Assembly (NCBI GenBank): GCA_963795085.1
Contig: CAWCFX010000004.1
Span: 128,001-192,000 of the forward strand
Direction of reading: 5' to 3'
Length of the DNA: 64,000 nt
DNA from: an uncultured Gemmatimonadales bacterium
GTDB taxonomy: Bacteria; Gemmatimonadota; Gemmatimonadetes; Gemmatimonadales; GWC2-71-9
Made by a program: the position numbers and the translations under genes. Of the stretch, positions 36,811-46,447 are shown piece by piece. Within the stretch, counting starts at the first letter, position 1. Each line of letters starts with the position of its first letter. The notes under the pieces are model-generated. The model was not told where the DNA came from, searched no databases, and saw only the letters and a list, made by a program, of their open reading frames with translations.

Positions 36811-37828
36811 TCAGGGCCCCGACGCGAGGACGGAAGCGGCCGGTGTCACCGGGTCCAGGAGCCCCCCGATGATCGAATCTCGCGCCGCGGTTACTTTTGC
36901 CACCAATTCCGGGGGCAGGGTTGCCGCAACGTCGGGGTGGGTCTGAAACCGGATCACGCCGCTTTCCAGACCGAACGATTGGATCCGGTGTGTGAAACGC
37001 CCCTCCTGGAGTTCCCGTGCCACCGCAAGGAACGCCCGGGGCAGGTCAATCACCACCGATCCGACTACCCGCCCCGGGGCCAGTTCCGCCTGGTCGCTGT
37101 TGGCGCCAAAGGCAAACACGCCGGGGGATTCCTTCACGGCCTGGAAGAGTCCGAGCGCGGCGGCGTCGGCGTTATGGTGGAGCATGTCCGCGCCCAGGCG
37201 GATGAGTTGAAGCGCGGCTTCTCGCCCAGCGGACACGTCGTCAAAAGAGTTGAGATATATCGACCGGGTCTGGGCCGCCTGGTTCACGTGAAGGGCACCG
37301 TTGGTCCACCCTTCGTACCCCAACCGGATCGGCGGCAGCTCGATCCCGCCGACAAAACCGAGAATGCCGCTTCGGGTCAGCCCTCCCGCGACCATGCCGG
37401 CCAGGTAGGTTCCCTCGTGAAACCGAAAAATCAGCGGGGAGACGTTCGCCGCCTGCCGCTCCCCCGAAGTGATAATGAACGTCGTCCCGGGATACTCCAC
37501 CGAGACCCGCTCCGCGGCGCCCTGAAACTCAAACCCGTGACCGAAAACCAAGAGAGTACCCGTCGGCGGCGTAGCTGCGAAGGTTGTCCTCCTGTTCACC
37601 GGGCGTCCGGGCTTCGACCTGGCTGATCTGGGCACCCAGGGAATCTCGAATGGCAAGCAGGCCCGCATAGGCACCTGAGTTCCAGGCGGCGTCAGCAATG
37701 GATCCCGGGGTAATGAGGGCGACCCGGAAACCGGGACCTTCCGCGCTCTTGCCACAGCCGACTGCCAGCAGTGCCATGACACCATAGGGCCAGAACATGG
37801 CAAGTCGGGGCTTTGTCCGTCTAACCAT
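36811..37828 (-). pseudogene. BMP/Med-family nucleoside-binding lipoprotein interrupted by a +1 frameshift near 37550
   Basis: N-terminal part (LAVG-C, PGSIADAAWN) is in the frame of ORF 37529..37924; C-terminal part (VFGHGFEF, YLAG, GFVGG) is in the frame of 36811..37803. Confidence 0.8.
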
Positions 37829-37936
37829 AATGGTCGTCAGATTCGGGGATCCCCGCGTAAAAGCCATGATTTCCACAGGTTTACGGGACTTATCAACTAT
37901 TTTTGTGGGAAAGGGCACTTCCAAATGTGATCTATG

Positions 37937-38362
37937 TCACTCGCTCTTGGAGATTGGTACGGATTCGTACGCGTCCATCTTCCCCATCTTGATTTCTCCG
38001 TTGACCTGACCTCCCTCCAGAATGGCGATCCGGGCGGTTACGATATCTCCCTGGATAATGCACGAGGCCTGCACCTCCACCCGGTCTCCCGCCCTGACCG
38101 TCCCCCGCACCTCTCCGCCCAGAATCGCTTCCCGGGTTTCGAGGTCCCCTTGTACCACGCCGCCCGGGGCCAGGAGGATCTGTTCCGCGGCGCGTACCGA
38201 CCCCTGGACCCGGCCCTCTACCTTCACTACCCCGTCGGTTTCGACATCCCCGATGATGGTCATTCCCGCGCCAATGATGGAGAGACTTCCCTCCCCGCGC
38301 CGTCGTTCCTCCGGCTTCTTGGCGGGCGATCCTGCCGGTCGAGACTGCGAAAAGATGGCCAT
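37937..38362 (-). CDS. Bactofilin (polymer-forming cytoskeletal protein)
   Basis: SIIGAGMTIIGD, VEGRVQG, IQGDI...GGQVNG beta-helix repeats. Confidence 0.9.
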   Translation of the reverse strand: MAIFSQSRPAGSPAKKPEERRRGEGSLSIIGAGMTIIGDVETDGVVKVEGRVQGSVRAAEQILLAPGGVVQGDLETREAILGGEVRGTVRAGDRVEVQASCIIQGDIVTARIAILEGGQVNGEIKMGKMDAYESVPISKSE

Positions 38363-38365
38363 GGT

Positions 38366-39148
38366 TTATCGTCCCTGCGTGAGGACCGCGCGGGGGTCTA
38401 GGCTCTGACCTTTTCGCGTGATCTCGAAGTGAAGGTGAGGAGCGCTGGAGCGGCCGCTGTTGCCCGACAGGCCCAGCACCTCACCGGCTGACAGGGCCTG
38501 TCCCGGGGCAACCAGGACTCGCGATAAATGAGCGTACCGGGTTTCGTACCCGTCGCTGTGCCGGATGAGGACGTAGAGGCCGTATTCGGCATCCCGGGCG
38601 GATTCCGCCACGCTGCCGGGTCCGGCTACTCGCACCGGGGTTCCGACTGGTACGGCGATGTCGACTCCGGAATGCGCCACCGCATCTCCTACGCCCAGTT
38701 GGCCACGAGTGACGTACCCGGCGTTTCGCAGCGGCCAATGCGATAACACCGAGGCCGTGCCGCCCTGCTGGCCGCTCGCCGCGGAGATCACGATAGGGGG
38801 TGCCACCGGCAGAGCGCCGGAGCCCGGGAGCCGGCTGCCGAGGTCGGCGCCCAACATCCCCCTGACCTTGGCATATTGCGCTTCAAGGCTGTCTACCGTC
38901 GCGACCAGCCGCCGGATCTGGGCATTCTCCTCGCGAAGCGTGGCAATCTCCGAGCGGAGGCCCGGGACTTGGGCGGCGACCCCGATGATGGGCACATAGA
39001 GGATCGCGGCGACCAGCACCAGGCCGAGCACCAGGGTCAGCACCACCAGGCCGGAACGAAACAACCAGAGGGGAATACGAAGCGATCGCGAATCCACCTC
39101 CCCATCACGATGGATGAGAACCGTGATCGCGGGCCGGGCCGGTTTCAT
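38366..39148 (-). CDS. M23 family peptidoglycan metallopeptidase
   Basis: N-terminal TM plus coiled coil; HSGVD, YAHL, PHLHFE. Confidence 0.9.
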   Translation of the reverse strand: MKPARPAITVLIHRDGEVDSRSLRIPLWLFRSGLVVLTLVLGLVLVAAILYVPIIGVAAQVPGLRSEIATLREENAQIRRLVATVDSLEAQYAKVRGMLGADLGSRLPGSGALPVAPPIVISAASGQQGGTASVLSHWPLRNAGYVTRGQLGVGDAVAHSGVDIAVPVGTPVRVAGPGSVAESARDAEYGLYVLIRHSDGYETRYAHLSRVLVAPGQALSAGEVLGLSGNSGRSSAPHLHFEITRKGQSLDPRAVLTQGR

Positions 39149-40026
39149 CCGTCGAAGGGTTCGCCCAGAATGATCTCCAGCAGCCGGGCCAGATCCTCGT
39201 TGGAGTAATAGCTGATCGAGAGCAAACCCCGGCCTTTGCGTTTGGCGGTCAAGCGGATATCGGTTCCCAGGCGGCGGCGTATGGCATCCTCAATCTTGCG
39301 GGCCTGGGCGGACGCCGCGGTCGCCGGCTGGTTACCCGAGCGGGCTCGCCGGGCAGCCGGGCGGCCGCCCCGCGCATGCTCCTCCATTTCGCGTACCGAC
39401 CATTGCTGGGCGGCGGCCTGTTCGGCGGTACGGACGATCTGCCGCGAATCGGCAAGCGAAAGGAGCGCGCGGGCGTGGCCAACCGACAGCGCGCCCTGGT
39501 GCAGCATGGCGCGAACTTCGTCGGGAAGCTTGAGGAGCCGGAGGGCGTTCGCCACGGTCGACCGATCTCGGCCGACCAGCCGGGCGACCTCGGCCTGGGT
39601 GACGCCGAACTCATCGATCAGGCGCTGATAACTGACTGCTTCTTCGACCGCGGATAACTGGTCCCGCTGGAGATTCTCGATCAGGGCCAGGGTAAGCAGC
39701 GTTTTGTCGTCGACATCCTTGACCACGGCCGGAATCTTCGCCCACTCCAGCCGCTGGACCGCGCGCCAGCGACGCTCGCCGGCGATGAGCTGGTACGATC
39801 CATGGTTCTGACGGACCACGATGGGCTGCAGCAGTCCGGAGACCTGGATGGAGTCCGCCAGTTCATTCAAGGCCGCCTCATTGATCTCCTGGCGGGGCTG
39901 AAACGGATTCGGACGAATGGAGCTGACGGCGATCTCGACCAGCTCACCTGAGCGCTCCGCCTGTTCCCTGCTGACCGGTCCCAGCAACGCCTCGAGGCCC
40001 CGACCCAGCCGGCGGGTTTCGCTCAT
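39145..40026 (-). CDS. parB: Chromosome partitioning protein ParB/Spo0J
   Basis: LGRGLEAL, NPFQPR, AGERRWRA, ENLQR, RSTVANALRLL. Confidence 0.96.
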   Translation of the reverse strand: MSETRRLGRGLEALLGPVSREQAERSGELVEIAVSSIRPNPFQPRQEINEAALNELADSIQVSGLLQPIVVRQNHGSYQLIAGERRWRAVQRLEWAKIPAVVKDVDDKTLLTLALIENLQRDQLSAVEEAVSYQRLIDEFGVTQAEVARLVGRDRSTVANALRLLKLPDEVRAMLHQGALSVGHARALLSLADSRQIVRTAEQAAAQQWSVREMEEHARGGRPAARRARSGNQPATAASAQARKIEDAIRRRLGTDIRLTAKRKGRGLLSISYYSNEDLARLLEIILGEPFDG

Positions 40027-40841
40027 GGGTGCACCTCAGGGAGCGCGGCGGGAATCTCGGGAGGCGCCGTGGCGGCTTCGGCGCGCCGGAGCAATTCCTG
40101 AGCGACCGATAGGTAACTCTTGGCCCCCACGGACTGGATGTCGTAAAGCAGAATGGGCTTCCCGTAACTGGGCGCCTCGGCCAACCGGATATTGCGGGGA
40201 ATGACCGTCTGGAACATCCGCTGGTCGAAGTATTCCTTGGCGTCCTCGGCCACCTGGCGGCAGAGATTGAGCCGGGAGTCGTACATGGTGAGGAGAACGC
40301 CGTCGATCGCCAGATTCGGATTGAAGTTCTGCTGGACCAGCTTCACCGTGTTGAGGAGCTGGCTAATGCCCTCGAGTGCGTAATACTCGCACTGGATCGG
40401 GATGATGACGCCGTCAGAGGCGGTCAGCACGTTCAGCGTCAGCAGGCCGAGCGATGGCGGGCAGTCGATCAGCACGAACTCATAATTGCCGACGATGTCC
40501 TCCAGCGCACGGCGCAACGCCAACTCGCGCTCCGGCCGGTCCACCAGTTCGACTTCCGCCCCAACCAGGTCCTGGGTCGCCGGCACGATCTGCAGGGCCG
40601 GCAGGTGAGAGTCCTGCAGAACTATGTCGCTGAAGCGCCGCCCGTCAATCAGCGCGTCGTAGAGAGAAAAACGAATCTGGTCGCGGGGCACACCGACGCC
40701 GCTCGTCGCATTTCCCTGCGGATCAGCATCGATGAGAAGGGTACGCTTCTCGGCGATGGCCAGAGACGCGGCAAGGTTGACCGCGGTTGTGGTCTTCCCG
40801 ACTCCGCCCTTCTGGTTAGCAATTGCTATTACTCTGGCCAT
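40023..40841 (-). CDS. parA: Chromosome partitioning ATPase ParA/Soj
   Basis: NQKGGVGKTTT, DADPQGNAT, DCPPSLG, QCEYYALEG, EAPSYG. Confidence 0.96.
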   Translation of the reverse strand: MARVIAIANQKGGVGKTTTAVNLAASLAIAEKRTLLIDADPQGNATSGVGVPRDQIRFSLYDALIDGRRFSDIVLQDSHLPALQIVPATQDLVGAEVELVDRPERELALRRALEDIVGNYEFVLIDCPPSLGLLTLNVLTASDGVIIPIQCEYYALEGISQLLNTVKLVQQNFNPNLAIDGVLLTMYDSRLNLCRQVAEDAKEYFDQRMFQTVIPRNIRLAEAPSYGKPILLYDIQSVGAKSYLSVAQELLRRAEAATAPPEIPAALPEVHP

Positions 40842-40956
40842 TTGCTCCTAAGTCTCTGTGGAACAAGAAGTTATGAGAGAACAACCAAGATATTGTAGAT
40901 GGTGAACTTCAGGATATTAGAATATAGAGGCGAAGGCGAACCCCGTAAATACCAAA

Positions 40957-40972
40957 TGTTTCACGTGAAACA
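40957..40972. promoter_or_regulatory. parS centromere site
   Basis: Perfect consensus palindrome TGTTTCACGTGAAACA. Confidence 0.95.
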
Positions 40973-40994
40973 CCCGGCAATGGGGGAACCGGGG

Positions 40995-41010
40995 AGTTTC
41001 ACGTGAAACT
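40995..41010. promoter_or_regulatory. Second parS site
   Basis: Palindrome AGTTTCACGTGAAACT, overlapping the mnmG stop. Confidence 0.88.
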
Positions 41011-42874
41011 ATGGAGTCGGCTGATTCCTGCGACGCAGGACCTCACTCACGACTCCCTGCAGGTCGTTCGGGGAGAGCCCAGGGATGCGACTGGCTTGCC
41101 CCAGGGTGGCCGGCCGTACGCGGCCAAGTTTTTCCCTCGCTTCGAACGAGAGAGATTTGAAGTCCTGATAGGGAAGTTCAGGATCTAGCTGAAATGAATT
41201 CATCTTGCTGAGTCGATCCGCGACTCCCCGCTCACGGCTCAGGTAGCCACCGTACTTCAGCTCCATGTCGGCCCACACCGCATCTACCGGATCAACATCA
41301 ATCGCTGCGGACCTCAGCAAGTCCGATAATCCAACATTAGGCCTCCTGGCAACCTCTGAGATCTTCATCGACTGGGCGAGGGGGGTCGAACCAGCCGCCC
41401 GCAAAACTGGGTCGGCCATCTCCGGGGAAACCGAAGTTCCGCTCGCCAGTCCCAGCACCGCTTCCTCACGCTCCAGCCGACCTTCCGCGGAGGCACGCGC
41501 TTCCCCGGTCAGAAGGTTATTGCGAATCGCAATGGGTAACAGCCGTCGTAGAGCATTGTCCTGGCGAAGCAGGAGCCGGTACTCCGCACGTGACGTAAAC
41601 AGCCGATACGGCTCATCCACCCCTCGGTTGACCAGGTCATCCACCAACACGCCGAGGAACGCCTCGTCCCGGCCGACCACTACCCCCTCACGGTTGAGAA
41701 CAGACGCCGCAGCATTAATGCCGGCCAGGACTCCCTGTCCCGCCGCCTCCTCATAACCGGTCGTCCCATTGATCTGGCCCGCAAAGAAGAGCCGCTCCAC
41801 TTCACGCACCTGCAGTTCGGGCGTGAGCTGGGTCGGAGGGAAATAATCGTACTCGATGGCGTAGCCGACCCGCGTCATACTTGCGTTGGCCAACCCCGGA
41901 ACTTTTCGGAGAAACTCCAGCTGCACGGCAGCCGGTAGCGACGTCGAGAGTCCGTTCACATACATCTCGGTCGTGTCCAGGCCTTCCGGCTCCAGGAAAA
42001 CCTGGTGACGAACCGCGTCCGGGAATTTGACGATCTTGTCCTCCACGGATGGGCAGTAGCGCGGACCTCGCCCGCTGATCGCACCACCGTAAAGAGCTGA
42101 CTCCCGGATGTGACGGGAAATGACCTCCTTCACCTCTTCTCCGGCATAGGTCAGGTAACAGGGTAGCTGCTCGGGATGGGGATGCTGCTCGTAGTAGGAG
42201 AACCAGTACGGATCAGCGTCCCCATCCTGGCGCTCAAGTTTACTGAAGTCCACGCTGCGCCCATCGATACGCGGTGGCGTACCAGTCTTGAAACGTTCGA
42301 CTGTAAGTCCAAGCTGTGTAATGGCTTCCGCTAACTCTATGGAGGGAACATCGCCCGCCCTCCCAGCCGGAATCTGGGTTGTGGTACCCATATGGATGCA
42401 GCCCCGCAGGAAGGTCCCGGCGGTGACAACCAGGGCCCCGCAGGACCAGTGGCGGCCCTCGCGGGAACTGACCCCCACCACCCGGTATCCCTGGAGCGCG
42501 ATTCCCGATATCGTACCCTGCGCAAACTCCAGATTGGGGCAGCGCTCGAGCAGCGCGCGCACGGCCCGGCGGTACAACCCCCGGTCACACTGGGCACGGG
42601 GCGACCACACAGCTGGGCCCTTGGACCGGTTGAGCATCCGGAACTGAATGCGAGACATGTCCGTCGCCCGGCCCATGATGCCGCCGAGAGCGTCCACCTC
42701 CCGCACCACCGTCCCCTTGGCGATCCCCCCAATGGCGGGGTTGCAGGACATCTGGCCGATGGTCTCCAGGTTTTGAGTGACCAGCAGCGTTCGGGCACCC
42801 GAACGTGCCGAAGCCGAGGCAGCTTCGACTCCTGCGTGCCCCCCTCCAATCACGATGACGTCGTATCGGTCCAT
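41009..42874 (-). CDS. mnmG: tRNA uridine-5-carboxymethylaminomethyl synthesis enzyme MnmG (GidA)
   Basis: GGGHAG, MSCNPAIGG, FKTGTPPR, GPRYCPSVEDK, AGQINGTTGYEEAA, EPYRLFTSRAEYRL. Confidence 0.97.
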   Translation of the reverse strand: MDRYDVIVIGGGHAGVEAASASARSGARTLLVTQNLETIGQMSCNPAIGGIAKGTVVREVDALGGIMGRATDMSRIQFRMLNRSKGPAVWSPRAQCDRGLYRRAVRALLERCPNLEFAQGTISGIALQGYRVVGVSSREGRHWSCGALVVTAGTFLRGCIHMGTTTQIPAGRAGDVPSIELAEAITQLGLTVERFKTGTPPRIDGRSVDFSKLERQDGDADPYWFSYYEQHPHPEQLPCYLTYAGEEVKEVISRHIRESALYGGAISGRGPRYCPSVEDKIVKFPDAVRHQVFLEPEGLDTTEMYVNGLSTSLPAAVQLEFLRKVPGLANASMTRVGYAIEYDYFPPTQLTPELQVREVERLFFAGQINGTTGYEEAAGQGVLAGINAAASVLNREGVVVGRDEAFLGVLVDDLVNRGVDEPYRLFTSRAEYRLLLRQDNALRRLLPIAIRNNLLTGEARASAEGRLEREEAVLGLASGTSVSPEMADPVLRAAGSTPLAQSMKISEVARRPNVGLSDLLRSAAIDVDPVDAVWADMELKYGGYLSRERGVADRLSKMNSFQLDPELPYQDFKSLSFEAREKLGRVRPATLGQASRIPGLSPNDLQGVVSEVLRRRNQPTP

Positions 42875-42889
42875 GCCTGAAAATAACAC

Positions 42890-42911
42890 GGGCGGGTCCG
42901 AAGACCCGCCC
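42890..42911 (-). terminator. Hairpin after the ABC-2 permease gene
   Basis: GGGCGGGTC-loop-GACCCGCCC, followed on the minus strand by GTGTTATTT. Confidence 0.55.
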
Positions 42912-42939
42912 GCCTCCGCCAAGGCCTCCGACCCCTCCG

Positions 42940-44253
42940 TTACCCCGTGCGGATCCAGCGGTACAGTTCTTTGAGCGAAGGCTTCTTGCCGTACATCAGA
43001 ATCCCCACCCGATAGATCCTGCCGGCCAGCCAGGCGATCAGCGCCATGGTGCTCACAGTGAGCGCCAGGGAGAGCAGAACCTCCACCACCGGCACCGTGG
43101 TGAGCGAATAACGCACCGGCATGATGATCGGGGCGAAAAACGGGATCATGCTCAAGGTTAACGCCAAACTCCCATTGGGCTCGTTCAGCAGGGAAAACAT
43201 GCTGATAAAGCCGGTCGCGACCACCAGCGTGAGCAGGGTGCTGGCCTGCTGCGCCTCCTGCATGGTATTACACATCGCGCCCACTGCGGCGTACGCCGAC
43301 GCGAACAGAAAAAATCCTGCCAGGAAGAAGAGCAGAAAGACAGCGAGCAGCCCGCCGCTGATGGCGGGAATGGGCATCTGAGCCGCGGCCTCCGGCGGCA
43401 TGTCGAAGATCCCGGCGATCTGGACCGCGTTGGCCGAGAGAAGCATGGCCGTCCCGACCCAGATGGTGAGCTGCAGGAGCCCCACGGCACCGACGCCGAT
43501 CACCTTGCCGGCCATCAACTGGAAGGGTGTCAGGCTGGAGGCCAGAACCTCCATGATGCGGTTGGTCTTTTCCTCGATCACCGAGGTCATGACCTGGATG
43601 CCGTAGATCAGCAGGGAGAAGTAGAGCAGGAAGGACATCACATAGGCGAGTACAAAGGACGCCTCTCCGCTCTCCCCTGTCTCCCTGCCGTCGGTGACCT
43701 TGGCGGTCTGCATCCGGACCCGGCCCGAAGCCTGACGCACCAGGTCCGGATCAACCCCCTGGCGCTCCAACCGCTCGGTCCGGATGACGGACTCGACGAT
43801 CCGCTCCAGCACCGCCATGTCGCCGAAACTGCCGACATTATTGCCCAGATACTGAACTTCGCCCGGCTCCAGCGCCCGCTCGTCGATCAACAGGAGCCCG
43901 TCGATGCTGTGCAGGGTGTCCCGGGCGAGACCAGTGAGCGGAACCAGGGAGTCGCGCACCGCCTGGAGCCTGCCCTGCGCCAGGACCCTGGTCACCGAGT
44001 AGCGGCGGGGGTCCTCCGGCCGGCTACCCCGGCGCGCTTCGGTCAGCGCTTGCTCCAGTTCCGCACCCAACTGGCCGTCGGCGTCATCAACGATGACGAT
44101 GTGTTTCGCGTCAGTGCCCCGGCTGGCCAGAAACACCGGGAGGACCATCAGGAATCCCATAAGGATGGGGCCCAGAACGGTGCCAATGACAAAGGCCTTG
44201 GTCTGAACCCGGGTCGAGAACTCCCGCCGGATGACCGCCCAGAGCTTATGCAT
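42940..44253 (-). CDS. ABC-2 permease (NatB/YhaP-like)
   Basis: IRREF, EEKTNRIMEVL, GKVIG, multiple TMs. Confidence 0.88.
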   Translation of the reverse strand: MHKLWAVIRREFSTRVQTKAFVIGTVLGPILMGFLMVLPVFLASRGTDAKHIVIVDDADGQLGAELEQALTEARRGSRPEDPRRYSVTRVLAQGRLQAVRDSLVPLTGLARDTLHSIDGLLLIDERALEPGEVQYLGNNVGSFGDMAVLERIVESVIRTERLERQGVDPDLVRQASGRVRMQTAKVTDGRETGESGEASFVLAYVMSFLLYFSLLIYGIQVMTSVIEEKTNRIMEVLASSLTPFQLMAGKVIGVGAVGLLQLTIWVGTAMLLSANAVQIAGIFDMPPEAAAQMPIPAISGGLLAVFLLFFLAGFFLFASAYAAVGAMCNTMQEAQQASTLLTLVVATGFISMFSLLNEPNGSLALTLSMIPFFAPIIMPVRYSLTTVPVVEVLLSLALTVSTMALIAWLAGRIYRVGILMYGKKPSLKELYRWIRTG

Positions 44254-45205
44254 GAACAGCCTCGCTGGCAACGGCCTGGGCGGCTTCCGGGCCGACCTTG
44301 GCGATGAATATCGCGTGGAGTGACGGCTCGATAACTTCGAAACGCACCAGTCCCACCCCTGCATCAACCAGTGACTTCAGCAGGCGGCCGGCCTCCGCCC
44401 CGGGAGCCAGCTCGACCTCGGCGGTAGAGCCGGAATCGTCCACCCGGGACACCAGGGTGCGGTCCTGGAGCACCGCCGTCGCCAGCTTGCCGCCGCCATC
44501 GCTGAAGCCGAGCGCGACGTTGCGCTGGCCGAAACCGCGTTTGATCTCGCTCAACGAGCCGTCGAGGACCTTCTCCCCCCGGGCGATGATGGCGATATGA
44601 TCGCACATCCGCTCAGCCTGTTCCATGATATGGGTCGAGAAGACCACCGTCTTGCCCGAGCGGGCCAGGTCCACGACGACTTCCTTCATGACCTGGCTGT
44701 TTACCGGGTCCAGTCCGCTGAAAGGCTCGTCGAGGATGACCAGATCGGGGTCGTGCAGCAAGGTGCTGATAAACTGGACCTTCTGCTGCATGCCCTTTGA
44801 CAGGTCTTCGACCTTGCGGTGGGTCCAGTCGGAGATGCCCAGCCGGGCCAGCCACTCGCCGGCCTTGACCGCTGCCACCTTTCGAGAGACGCCTTTCGCC
44901 TCGCCCAGGAAAACCAGGTGATCGAGCACCTTCATCTTCTTGTAGAGACCGCGCTCTTCCGGAAGAAACCCGATCCGCTCCGACTGGCTCCTCCCGCTCG
45001 CTTCCTGGCCGAAGAGAAGCACTCGCCCCTCGTCCGGCACCAGGATGTTCATGACCATGCGAATGGTGGTGGTCTTACCGGCGCCGTTCGGGCCGAGCAG
45101 GCCGAAGATCCCTCCTCGAGGGACTTCGAGATCGAGTGCCCGGACAGCGGTATGGCCGGCGAAGCGCTTGGTTACGCGCTCCAGCGTCAGGATGGAGTCG
45201 CCCAT
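44246..45205 (-). CDS. ABC-2 ATP-binding protein (NatA/YhaQ-like)
   Basis: GPNGAGKT, LPEERGLY, LSKGMQQK, LDEPFSGLDP. Confidence 0.92.
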   Translation of the reverse strand: MGDSILTLERVTKRFAGHTAVRALDLEVPRGGIFGLLGPNGAGKTTTIRMVMNILVPDEGRVLLFGQEASGRSQSERIGFLPEERGLYKKMKVLDHLVFLGEAKGVSRKVAAVKAGEWLARLGISDWTHRKVEDLSKGMQQKVQFISTLLHDPDLVILDEPFSGLDPVNSQVMKEVVVDLARSGKTVVFSTHIMEQAERMCDHIAIIARGEKVLDGSLSEIKRGFGQRNVALGFSDGGGKLATAVLQDRTLVSRVDDSGSTAEVELAPGAEAGRLLKSLVDAGVGLVRFEVIEPSLHAIFIAKVGPEAAQAVASEAVHA

Positions 45206-45241
45206 TGTTTCCCGTGGTTATGGCAGCCACAAATATACAAA

Positions 45242-45264
45242 GGCCCCGCCTTCCAGGCGGGGCC
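45242..45264 (-). terminator. Rho-independent terminator ending the suf operon
   Basis: 10-bp GC stem GGCCCCGCCT/AGGCGGGGCC followed by TTTGTATATTT on the minus strand. Confidence 0.7.
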
Positions 45265-45284
45265 AGGGGTTGTACCCGCTCCGG

Positions 45285-45572
45285 CTAGGCTGAAGCCAGG
45301 GAACTCAGCGTGGCGAGCCGGCGGACCGCCCCGGGGTGGACCAGCACATGGGGCCGGTCCACCCGAACGCCGAACCGGGCGGTCCGGGTCACGAAGTCCT
45401 CGGGCCCGGGACCTCCGGGAACGGGACTGAATACGCTGACGCCAACCAGGTGGACCCCGGCATCATCCTCGCGGTCGAACCGCCCGATGTAAACCTCGGA
45501 CCCGGTGGTTTCCAGCACCACGGTAATGCCATGCAGCTCCTGGTGCCCGGGGTGAAAGACGTGGCCGGTCAT
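45285..45572 (-). CDS. Small hypothetical protein with His-rich N-terminus (possible Sm-like fold)
   Basis: ATGA overlap with the bacilliredoxin gene; HVFHPGHQELHGITVVLET...YIGRF. Confidence 0.6.
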   Translation of the reverse strand: MTGHVFHPGHQELHGITVVLETTGSEVYIGRFDREDDAGVHLVGVSVFSPVPGGPGPEDFVTRTARFGVRVDRPHVLVHPGAVRRLATLSSLASA

Positions 45573-46003
45573 GCCTGCGCCGGTACCGCGCAATACTTGT
45601 CGAAGGCAGCGGCCAGGTCCTGGGCTACCTCCTGTGGCGACCGGCCTTCGATCATGTGCCGATGGACCATGAACACCGGCTCGCCGTCGCGCAGCAGCGC
45701 GAAGGAAGGCGAACTGGGCTGATAGTCAGCAAAGTACTGGCGGGCCCGGGCCGTGGCCTCGATGTCCTGGCCGGCGAAGACCGTCACGACCACCTGGGGT
45801 TTCACACCGTGCTTGAGGGCCGCCTCGAGCGCGGGCCGGGCACCGCCGGCGGCGCAGCCGCAGACCGAGTTCACGAAGACCAGGGTGGTGCCTTTCGCGT
45901 CGCCCAGGGTCTGATCCACGTCAGCCGCCGTCCGGAGTTCGCGCGCGCCGATCCGGCGCACGTCCTCCCGCATCGGGGCGACCATTCGTTCATCGTACGG
46001 CAT
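45569..46003 (-). CDS. BrxA/BrxB-family bacilliredoxin
   Basis: NSVCGCAAG, TVFAGQD, PSSPS. Confidence 0.9.
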   Translation of the reverse strand: MPYDERMVAPMREDVRRIGARELRTAADVDQTLGDAKGTTLVFVNSVCGCAAGGARPALEAALKHGVKPQVVVTVFAGQDIEATARARQYFADYQPSSPSFALLRDGEPVFMVHRHMIEGRSPQEVAQDLAAAFDKYCAVPAQA

Positions 46004-46447
46004 TCAGGACTCCTTGCTGGGTGTTTCGAGTGCATTGCGTAGCGCGTGCCAGGAAAGACTGGCACACTTGACCCGGGTCGGAAACTGGGAAACCCCGGAG
46101 AAGACCGCCAGCTTTCCCAGCGGCCGGGCCTCGCCTTCGACGGCCAGGGTCCCGGTCACCATGCGATGGAAGAGCTGGTACATCGCGTCGACCTCGGCGA
46201 TGCGCTTGCCGGCCACTGCGGCGGTCATCATGGAGGCCGAGGCCTTGCTGATCGCGCAGCCGGTTCCTTCGAAGCTGACCTTTTCGATCCGATCGCCGAT
46301 CACCTTTACCCAGACCTTGAACCGGTCGCCGCACAGGGGGTTGTAGCCCTCGGCGGAGCGATCGGAATCGGAGAGCGCATGAAAATTCCGGGGATTCCGA
46401 TTGTGGTCGAGAATCACGCTCTGATACAGTTCCGCCAGGTCGCTCAT
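46004..46447 (-). CDS. sufU: SUF system NifU-family protein SufU
   Basis: LYQSVILDH, NPLCGD, GCAISKAS, RVKCA. Confidence 0.92.
   Translation of the reverse strand: MSDLAELYQSVILDHNRNPRNFHALSDSDRSAEGYNPLCGDRFKVWVKVIGDRIEKVSFEGTGCAISKASASMMTAAVAGKRIAEVDAMYQLFHRMVTGTLAVEGEARPLGKLAVFSGVSQFPTRVKCASLSWHALRNALETPSKES

Noticed and set aside
40842..42400. Lower-GC stretch suggesting horizontal transfer or oriC
   Set aside because: It covers the housekeeping gene mnmG and the parS spacer; I saw no mobility genes or DnaA-box cluster.
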